From the NCBI GenBank assembly GCA_964057225.1, contig OZ059894.1, positions 17,112,001 through 17,176,000 of the forward strand: DNA of 64,000 nt, given 5' to 3'. Position 1 is the first letter of the stretch, and the number at the start of each line of letters is the position of its first letter. Under the pieces are notes generated by a model, which worked only from the letters and a program-made list of their open reading frames with translations, did not search any database and was not told the DNA's origin. Origin of the DNA: Auanema rhodensis. Lineage: Eukaryota > Animalia > Nematoda. The position numbers and the translations under genes were made by a program. Of the stretch, positions 13,801 through 24,206 are shown one piece after another.

Positions 13801-16800
13801 TTTTATCATAAACTTAATTATTTGATCTTTTAGAATCGTGACGATTTTGGTATTACAATTGCTCCACCAAAGAAAGCTAAAAATCGGTATGTTCATAATG
13901 GTTATTTTTTAAATATTTTCAACTAAAATAATACCAAAAGTAAGTTTTGCTACTGAAAAGCAGGCTGGGAGGTTTGGAAAAAATGATCCCGATCATAGTT
14001 GATGAGTGACAAACGATCAGCTCAGTCGTTGAGCGACTGCTATTTCTCATTTTATGAGTGCAGCTGACTTATCAGGGGTGGAAAATTCCGACTGATCTGC
14101 TACTAGCTCTTCATCATTTCAATGAACTTAATCAATCTGGTCGGATAATGCCGCGTTTTATTTGAGTTCTGACACGTTCAATGCTAGACAGGTGCTGCAA
14201 CTCGTTTTATGATATCCAACTTTCATTTGGTTCGTCAGGCTTAAGCGCGTTCAGTTGTCGAATCATATTTTTTCTATTTTTTTTGTTATTTAATTGTACT
14301 TTTTAATATTCACTATGTTTAGCGTAAGTATGGATGATGAGAAGCGGATGGCCATTATGGACTGGATCGAACAGTGCGATCATGGTAGCATCTGTTTTGA
14401 AGATGACCGCTTATTAGATGCCTCAGGTGTTCGGGTAAGATTTTGCTCTTTGAATGCAAATAATGAAATAAATAATATACAGGAATGTGTCATATTATCT
14501 CACCCGTTAGAAGATATAATTGAAATGGATGAAGAATCTTTGAAAGAATCTTTAAGGTATGTAAGATTATCAGTATAATTACTATAATACATTTTTCAGA
14601 AGTTTACGTGATTCTCACCCTCTTCGAATTTTAAGTAAAGAAGCACTTGATAAAGTCGAAAGTTTGAATGAGAAACCAGCATTGGTTAGAGGTTCAAACG
14701 GTTCCAATGGCTTTACCGGTCATAATTTACACGATTCTGATGAAGATGCGCTCGAAAAAGCCATGGAAGCTTCAGTGTCTTCTATGCGCTCTCACGAAAT
14801 TCTTTCCCGACTTCACAACAATATAGTTGAATCTATGAAGCAGAATGGAGAAGCCATACAAGTAAGCGAAATTCAAATTATGAAAATTTTCAATCAACTT
14901 ATGTTTATATATTACAAAAATAAGTTTATAGTCGAATAATTCTATAATTAGCTGTCAAAAAAAACGTTCTGTAGCAATGATTTGCTATTGTTTATGATTA
15001 TTTTTTTCTAAACAAAATGAGAGCTAGATCAGCATAAATTAAGATGCAATTTTGAATTTTCACACATTTTCTATTTTTTTGAAATTTCAAACGTTTGAAA
15101 TCTTCAAATAAAATACAATATTCTTTTTGAAAATCAGGTTCATTTTCATTTTTTCATTTTACTGAATATTTCTTTTGCTTTAACTTTCTCGCAGTCTCTA
15201 AATCTATCTTGCTGCCTCTCTCTCTCATCTTGCTTTTGGATTTGTATATATATATAGGCGGTATTCATAAACAAATCTGCAAACAATTGCAACACGATAT
15301 CCGGATTGAATAATGAGCAGCTGAAATTGCACATATCTTCCTTCAAATACCGCTACATGAGGGGTGAACATGCATGTAGGATGAAAAGAAAATATTTATA
15401 AAGCTGCTGTTTACATAATTATGTTAATCAAGTTTGTGTTGTAGGGAATATCGTTGACAACGGGAACTCCAAGTGAGATGGATCTATATAGGCGAGCGAG
15501 CCAGCTCGAAGAATATGCTTTACAACGAGTAAAGGTAACTAAATACCTGAAGTTTGAATGCTTAGTTTTGACATGATTGTGTAGGAGATAGAAGACGAAA
15601 AGAATCAGAAGAAAAGTAAATTGTTGCTCAATTGTTGTCAAGCCAGTATGCTATCATCTGGCAGCACTGTCGTTGATGGACAGCTATTGGAGAAGAAACA
15701 GAAAGAGCGTGAGGAGGACGAGAAACGTCAGGAGCTTAAAGCTCGTAGGCAACAGTTAAAACTTGAAGAAAGTGAACTTCGCCGTGAACGCCAAATGATT
15801 GATAAGGTAAGCAGCAGTTGTTTTTCTTTGAAAATGTAGTAGAGCAAAATCTTTACCAATGTATTAAATTCCAGCAGCTGGATGGCAGGTCCTTACCTTC
15901 TGCTCTTATGCGACAAATCACATATCAGCTTCATAATTTAGCCGTGAATAAAAATAGGTATTAATATTTTGAAAATTCTAAGATTTCGTATCATGAAAAA
16001 AAGCTTCTGGTTACATTATTTTTGTTTTTTTAGTGCCAAAATGCGTGGAGCCTCTGATTCATTGCCATCAACACCAACAATTTCACATAAGAAACTCAAT
16101 ATTCCATGCAGGTACTTATATTATTTTATTCATATATCTATATCTTATTACAAAATGTAGTTCATTTTTATGAATTCCATTTTAGAACGCCATCGCTTAC
16201 TAATTGCTCATCTCTTCTATCCAATGCTCAACCATCTACATCAATACCTAAAATCACGAAAAGAGAGGGTAGCCACTCCAGAAAGACAAGCAAATCTAGA
16301 GAAAAGCGAGATCGGCGTAATTCGGAAGATAAAGAAGAAATACGTTCCCCTTATGCTAAGGCAAGTTCAAAGATATTCAGTGAAAATATATGCTGACTAA
16401 TATTTCTATGCAAATTATTTCTAAAATATCATGATGTAGCGAACAAAGTAACACTCTAATTCAATTGGTATCAATTGGGGTCTCAGTAATCTGGCTACTA
16501 CTATATGAGATCATAATTAAGCTTCTGCCTGATGAATGTATGAGTAACTAGAAAGCCTAAAATCTTACAAAGGGGCTGAATTTCGAGATTTTAGATAGAA
16601 TAGTTGTTGAGTATTATAGCACAGAACGGTCGCATTCCATACATTCGTTTATAAACTTCTTACAAATGCTTAATTAATCCAAATTTTTTCTAGGTCACAA
16701 GCCCTCGTTTGTGCAATGGACCATCTAGCAGCGGAAGAGGATCTGATGCTGGGGATGACTCTTCTGTTATACCAAAAAACAAGAAACGTCAAAGCTACTC

Positions 16801-18004
16801 TGCTTCTTCTGGTTATGAATCAGGTGCTGGCGATTATCATACATACAGTAAGAAGTTCCTATTCATATATCTTTACTAAATGCCCAATCATTTTCAGATA
16901 AAGATACACGTTTTGATAGATTTAGAGTATTTGATAAGGTAAATTAAATGACATCATTTTCATTTTTCAATATTAACTTTTTAGAAACTAAACCTTGGTC
17001 GTGAAGCTGATAATCTCAGGGAATCACAACGACAATTAAAAAAAGAATTGACTACTGCTAAACAGAGAATAGGACAAATTGATGATGCTCGGTTAGTTTA
17101 CTGAACAACATTATACATCTTTCTTCTGTTTTTTTTTAAACTAAAGATGTATTACAGATTGATTTGCCATGAAACAAAAAATAGTGGCATCAGCCAGGCG
17201 ACATTAGTGGACACACTGATGCAGGTTTGTTTTTTTTCTTTTTTTTTTTTAGAAAAAGTCCTGTGTACTTACTTGACAGAAAAAATGAACTTGTCTATCT
17301 GGTATATTAGAAATCCCAAAAAGTTTTTAATATATTTTATACTAATTCACATATCTAAACTATGCATGAAAAAAACTACTGACATATTAATTATATATAT
17401 ATACTATATACTATATACACATGTATATATTATATATTATATATACATACTAATAATAGACATAAAAAGAGCTGAGCAGTTTAGGCTGGATAAGCATGAT
17501 TCAACTGTCCTACCATATAAGCGTTTGCTCTTAAAATCACAAAACTTTTTTCGATAAAAGCTTAGAATGAAAATTGGGTAACGTTTTTCAAAGTCATGTT
17601 TTCGTGTGCAAGTTTTGTCTTTGCTGCTTAACCAATATATGAACCCCACTGCGGATTAGAGTATTAGTATGCATTCGTTAACTGAACCTTGTTGCACTGA
17701 TTTGTAGCAGAACAGAGCAGACTTTCTAAATTGAATTTCTAATATTTTCTAAATAATATATACAATTATGATGTAATCGTGGCAAAAATATCTTAAAATT
17801 ATGTCCAGTATATATATTATGTCATTTAGTCTGATCTATTCTGTTGCCTATTGTTACCCGGTTTTACTTTATCAAATTTTCTACATCATACATCAATCCT
17901 CTAATAATCAAATTTAATAAATATATTTTCAGGAGAATCGAATACTCGAGAAACGTCTGGTAGCTTGTCAAAATCATATTATGCTGGTGACTTCTTTCCT
18001 GTGA
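5187..18004 (+). CDS. vab-8: Atypical kinesin-11/KIF26-family protein VAB-8, long isoform (multi-exon)
   Basis: Manually spliced exons: 5187-5243, 5517-5681, 5724-5817, 6881-6974, 7044-7144, 7225-7365, 7488-7571, 7674-7806, 11469-11628, 12782-12967, 13510-13572, 13680-13787, 13834-13886, 14323-14434, 14483-14556, 14600-14861, 15445-15534, 15585-15806, 15875-15957, 16034-16111, 16186-16360, 16694-16847, 16898-16938, 16985-17091, 17158-17224, 17933-18004. Phases are consistent. Motifs [86 protein letters not shown] and [14 protein letters not shown] match C. elegans VAB-8 as recalled. Confidence 0.95.
7828..7877. repeat. (TA)n followed by (TTTA)n microsatellite
   Basis: Read directly, at the start of the largest vab-8 intron. 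Confidence 0.9.
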
Positions 18005-18258
18005 CCTCCTTCTAATCGTAATCCAGTTCCTTTGATAGTCAGAGATTCGAATATATATTCTATTAATAACATTTTTATATAATTTATATATATAAATCTA
18101 TATACATATATACATATGAAGTCGTATTGCGTTTTGTGCAGCTCAATGTTTTATAAACGGATGGTGTGCATTGTCTGTATAAAGATTATATATTTAATTT
18201 TATCTTTGTTGTTTTGTTTACACTGATAATTCAATAACATTTACAAAAAATATAATTA

Positions 18259-18263
<5 letters not shown>

Positions 18264-18313
<50 letters not shown>

Positions 18314-18318
18314 TATAT
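18264..18318. repeat. (TA)n microsatellite
   Basis: Read directly, downstream of the vab-8 stop. Confidence 0.95.
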
Positions 18319-19621
18319 GTTGAGGTACGAGAACCAAAAGGTCGAAACGGAAATTTTTTCTATACATCCAATGAAACATCCATATACATCCAACTTCAAG
18401 CTCTGTTAGTTTTCTTTATACGGGTATATAGAGGTATGTATGCATATATAGCTATCTATCTCTTTATATCCATATCTATCTATATATATATATATAACAT
18501 GCTTATGATAATGCAAAATACTATATGTATAAAACATCTGTTATCTTCTGGAACATATATAGATATATACACTAATTATCAAGTTATGACGATAAATGGA
18601 CGTGTCATCATTGAAAAGACGGCAACCCGATGAAGAGCTAGCTTATTGGTTGACTGCTTCTGACATTTGTAATACCTAAGCGCATGACGAATTTTTTTTA
18701 AGAACTTTGGTTTAGATGGCAAATGATGCAATAATACTTGTTAATCGTATCTATCTGAACATTTTTTTTATTTTGCTCTAGTTCAGTAATTTTGAAAATT
18801 TGAAATTTTAACACTGGACATCTGACATATTCGTAAAATCTTTGCGTTTTTGGAGTGACGAACTTGTTTACTTCTATTAAAAATAGCTCACCATTAATGC
18901 AAAAAAACAAACTTTGAGGAAAAGATTGTTACGAAGGCTAGACAGATCAAATGCCCTACAATTAAAGTACAGGATTAAGAGAGAGTTCTCACTATAGATT
19001 CCTATTAGATAGGATTAGCATGTTAAAAGTTCAGAATGATCGGTGATCTGAAAAACTTTAGCTCACTTTGACCATTTCTTTCTAAGCTTCATCATCATCA
19101 ACAAGTCTCGACGACAACGTCGTCCACAGCTCGTCATACTTCATTTTCAACTCAGTTAGTATTAGATCTATGCTTTTGAAGTATAATACGGAGCTATGGA
19201 TGAGTTTCACGGTTGTTTCAAACATTATTAAGAGCAAAACCTAATGAAACGTATAGAAAAGACATAGAAATGAGCAACTGAAACTGATGTCATCCTTTTT
19301 GAAAAGTAAAGCACCATGTCATCATTTCATCTAAATAACTCTCATTCTCTCATTTGCTTACTATCCTTCTCTCTATCTCTTCATTTTCTTGTTTCTTTCA
19401 TTTTTTCTCTTTCCCTTCCTTTTTTCTTATATCTCCCGCCTACTGTTGCTTGACTAATGGATTTCGATGCATAATAATAGTTCAATACCACAGCCTATTT
19501 AAACCCAATTCCTGACCACTGTAAGCCCATTTTCACATAATATGTTTGTATATGTACATATATCTGAATCCATGCAGTCTTCCTTCTACCTTTCTTCAAA
19601 ATATATCTCCGTACCATATAC

Positions 19622-19640
19622 ATATAAATATATATATATA

Positions 19641-19684
<44 letters not shown>

Positions 19685-19689
19685 TATAT
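19622..19689. repeat. (TA)n microsatellite
   Basis: Read directly. Confidence 0.95.
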
Positions 19690-21954
19690 GCATGTTTTTA
19701 GTTTTTTATGCTTATCACAGCAGAGATACACTTTTTCCTTATTTGCTTTAACTTTAGTTTATTTAGTAGCCCAATCACCTCTAGCATAAGTTCTGTCATA
19801 TACATACATCCAACTGTAGGAGATTCATATATCTTTTATCCTGTTTTCCAAAAATATTCATTCACATCTATATTTAAATTTTCAAAATTTTCGTGTAGAA
19901 TTTGTCTCAATTACGTTTGTTATTATATTTGTATCAAGGGAATATTTAAAACATTCAGAACTGTTTTTTTTTAATTCCCAGATACATTACGTCTTTTCAT
20001 TATCTTTCTTTTTTTTTCTACATATCGTGCACAGTTTCACATTGCAACATTTGTAATACCACAATTTTTCGTTTTTCAATAATTTCGACAAATTTTTGTT
20101 TGAATTTCAAATCATTTTATATTATTCTGTCTATAACTAATCACTTATATCATTTAATATTATAAATAAAGTTATGATAACTAGTTTACGTTAACTATAA
20201 AACTTCAAAATTGAAATCTTTATTTATATTATATTAGTTCTTACCATGAATCGCAAAAATGACATCAATAGGCTTAATAGCTCAAAAATCATTAATGATT
20301 TTCGTTTTTCTAGTGTAATTATCTTCTAATTTCTTGCTCCAGGGTATTTCCCGCCTTAATATGTTTTCATTTTGACCTTGCTGTATGTTATACGCATCAT
20401 ACTTTATGAATCTTCTTCGAAATTAATCTTAATCATCAATTGAAAACTTGTAATCAGGAAAGAGGAAGTGATTTACTATATACATGTATTGGCTTTTCCG
20501 ATTTTTATGCAATTGGTTGCGGGAGTTCCTAATAAGTACTCTATGTATAAACATAAATTTTCGTCATTATTTGTGAACAACGCAATGAAACCCCAAAAAA
20601 TTACTAATATACTTATTCCTATTGTTAATTTGAATTGAGCAATTTATGGGTAACATAACTACTACTATTAATATATACACATATAGACCTCACCCTACTT
20701 CGATATCACTGGTATATGAGCCTAGATTTCAACCTGTTTAATAGAACATAGTAAAGAACCTTATATTGTGTTTGCATAATTGGTTTAATTAACACAGAGC
20801 TCATTTGACTAGAATTATATATTTTCTTTTTTTTACTAGCATTTTCGATCTTATATCTTCCAATTTGTAATTTATTAATTTCTCTCTCTTTTCTCTCTCT
20901 CTCTCTTTCTTTCGTTATAATCCTCCATATTTCTTCCTCCTTCTTCATCATTGACTTACTTTATCGGTCTTATAAACTCTTTCATCTACTCGTTTCCTTA
21001 GACCCAGAAAAGTGTAATATGATGATCATCATCATTTTTGCAGATACATATAAGATAATTCATGAGAGGAAACTCTTTATACTCTAGACCTCATAAATAG
21101 ATTCAGGATGATGTCATGTTTAATTTTTCATTCGTATTTCCTACAAAGAATTTACCCTAGGAAGCAGATAAAGATAAATAACTGATTCTTCTACATTTTT
21201 ACCAAAATTCTTACCGTTACTGTCACTCTTGTTGCTACTATTATCGTCATGTTTTTTAAGCTTCATAAATATAAATCTCCGCTCAGATTTTCTCAAACTA
21301 AAATTTATCAAAATTTCAGCTCAGATTTACAATAGCCAATTGAGTCTATTCTGTTTTCTAAGATAGCTATTCAAATTATTTTATATTATTGTACTTTTCC
21401 ATCATTCCAGATCAGTACTCTTACACCTGAAAATAAAATGATTTTTGACAATATCATCTAATTAGCTGCAATATATATAGATAAATCATATCCTCTCTTT
21501 CACTTTATTTTTCTTTATCAAGATTGTACCACCCATGTTTAAAGTAGCTTTGAGCTTCTTTCACAACGGGTGATATCTAGTATAGAACAACATTCGGGTT
21601 CTTCCCAATTTCCTAATCCGTATTTTTCGACCCAAAGGCCTTATCCGTTTAATTTAATGCCAACATCAGATGCAGTAACTACGAGAATAATACAAGGAGT
21701 CCTTTTATATATTATAGATAGTACTTCACCCTGTTGATGCTTCTCTAAAACTTCATGGTCTTGTTAGATTTTGCTTTTCCTGTAACCACCCGCATCTTAT
21801 TTTTCTTCCTCTTTACGTAATCATGCATATCTCTATAACTTATTGTCTAAATTTCGCTAGTCCATTGTTATAATATTACTTATTTATTAGTTTAAAACAA
21901 AAAAAGTTTAATGAAATTTTTTTCAGACTCACATCGAAAGCAAAAAAAAGCAGA

Positions 21955-22222
21955 ATGAAAAGTCTGATTGTTCGAGTGGTTCTCATGTTGGTCTATGTTG
22001 CATATACTCTCGCTGTGCCTAGATATATGTGGCAAGATATGATTCCTTTCTCAGTTGGCGATCTTGATGTGAGTTAAATTAGAATATTAAGTTTTGATTG
22101 ATATTTGATTGCCTTTTAAATGATTCGAAAATTGAACCATTTTCTAGAATCAAATGGATTTGACAATTCCTTTGAAGAGGAACATAGCAATTGGCAGAGG
22201 AGATTATCGTCCTGGAAAGTAA
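21955..22222 (+). CDS. nlp-46: RPamide neuropeptide precursor (NLP-46-like), 62 aa, predicted mature peptide NIAIGRGDYRP-amide
   Basis: Exons 21955-22068 and 22148-22222 give MKSLIVRVVLMLVYVAYTLA-VPRYMWQDMIPFSVGDLDNQMDLTIPL-KR-NIAIGRGDYRP-GK*. It has a signal peptide, a dibasic site and an amidation Gly. TTTCAG acceptor at 21921-21926; AATAAA at 22287. Confidence 0.88.
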
Positions 22223-22429
22223 TGAAGACTGTTACCAACTATTCTAGCTTTCAAACAAAATAGCCACATGTTAAACATATGGTATGAATAAAATCATCTT
22301 GATTATGTTTTTTCTTTTTTTAAAATAAAGTATACATTTATTGAATATTTATTTGAATAACAGCATAAAGTACTATGAAATATTAACAATTTATATGAAA
22401 ATAAACGAGACAACAGAAACACTGATATT

Positions 22430-23992
22430 TTAAAAAGTTTTCCAAGGTTTCTGGATGTATCTGGTATATTCCTCACGAATTATATCGTCATCTGTATCGT
22501 TGATATTTACTGCGTTAACTAACAAATCTTCCAATGATTTCATAGTGAAAACCGGGAACTTCTTCTCCACATTCTTTCTTGATTTACTCAATGCTTCAGA
22601 ATCTTTGAATAATCTACAAAAACTTTTTTTTTTCAGAAAAATGTGAAATAATTAATAAAGTAATAAAGTAATTATCTTCGAAACATTCTAAAAAATTAAA
22701 ATTGTTATTACATGTTTGATTTTTTTTTCTATATTTTCTACATTTGAGCTTGACTTATGATTCACAGGAAACTAGTTATTTCACATACATGTATTCATTC
22801 ATCATAAGCTTAGTTTTGCGTGAAAATTGATTAATTTCGCACTGACCTTCCTACTGCAACAGAGTGGTCAAGCCCAATAAAAGATTCTTCAAAAAGCCAA
22901 TGATGTTGAGGTATATTTTTCTCACAGAATTTTGTTGACAAAATATCACAGCCCGAAAGTATATTAATGACACTAAGTAAGAGATCCAGCACAAACCTGG
23001 ACCATAACTTTCATCAGGATTAACTTCGAAAGAAAACGATCTCAAATCATTCACAATACCAGTACCTGTGGCTTTCAACACGGATTCTTTCAGACACCAT
23101 ATACGATAAAATGCTCTCCATCTGTAAACAATAAGTTGGCTATTTCCAAGAGAAATAGAACAATTTTGATATTATTCTTCGAATTCAATAAAATGAAAAA
23201 AAAAATTTTTTGTTATGATATAATGTATTAGATAAAAACCTGTCAAGTTCCGTTTCAGGTTTTTTAATCGTTTCAAGCTCAATATCAGTAAAGAGTTTAC
23301 TCATTTTCTCAATGTGCTCAAGAGATGAGCTATTCCTATCTTCATCTATTCTCATTACATCAACACCTGCGATGAGAAGTAATTGATTTGATTCGAAGTT
23401 GTTCATTAACTAACCTACTAAGCTTTTGCTGCATGTTGCTAAAACTACTAAGTCCCCTTGATGAGAAATATTGAAGTCTACGGTTGAATTGAATGAAATT
23501 GGTAACATTGGTTTCCCATGTTCTCCTGTAACAACTTCCACATCTTCCCATTTGCATTTGGTTTGATCAATAATAGAATTTCTAAATTTTCGTTTTTAAA
23601 ATACAAGTTTTTGTGAGAATTTTAATTAAATTTATAACAAAAATATTAATAAACCTTATCAAAAGTTGCCCTATCACTGAAGCAAGAGAATCGTTTCGAT
23701 AATGGAAGCGAGATTGTTTTGTGAATACCTCATTAGGAAGACATAAAAGTGCTTTTCTATAAAGCAATTCAAATTGAGAGAGCAGTTCAGTCTGAATAGA
23801 TATTATACAAAACATAGCATAATAAAAATTATTGAGAAACCTTCTGTAGAGAAATTGCCCAACGCAGCCCCATTGCTTAAGATTGAGAACGAATAACACT
23901 TGAAATATGTCGCATAGTTTGAAAAATTATATCTAATTTGACATACACGCTTGAAATAAAGAATTGTATTGTTCAACCGAATTAGCTACCAT
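22430..23992 (-). CDS. Sfp-type 4'-phosphopantetheinyl transferase (AASDHPPT/Lys5 homolog)
   Basis: Spliced translation MVANSVEQYNSLFQASMGLRWAISLQK...GEHGKP...DFNISHQGDLVVLA...VGVDVMRID...FYRIWCLKESVLKATGTG...WLFEESFIGLDHSVAV...QKPWKTF*. It carries the FNISH, GVD and WxxKExxxKAxGxG PPTase motifs. An alternative start lies at 23873. One intron needs a non-AG acceptor (see findings). Confidence 0.9.
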
Positions 23993-24206
23993 TCTGAACA
24001 GACAAAATAAAACAGTTTATTACTAATATTGAAATGCAACAAAGAATGTAGGTCTTACAATTAGGAATAAATGACAATATTATAATTTCTCTCGAGAAGG
24101 GAAAACCACAATCGGTTAACCCTGGCAATTATGAAAAATATTTAAAGATACTTATATAGTATCTTTTCTAAACAACCTGTACTCGACTAGTAAATCACGA
24201 TTCATA

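Noticed and set aside
13999-14095. TGATGA...CTGA resembling a C/D snoRNA in a vab-8 intron
   Set aside because: No convincing terminal stem and no rRNA-complementary guide that I can recognise.
14435-14482. In-frame, stop-free short introns (also 60490-60534 in cfz-2 and others)
   Set aside because: Expected by chance among many introns of about 45 nt; homologous proteins as recalled lack the inserts.
24060-24205. ATG one base after the rbm-25 stop codon, suggesting translational coupling
   Set aside because: The resulting frame terminates quickly, spliced or not, and does not join the PPTase frame.
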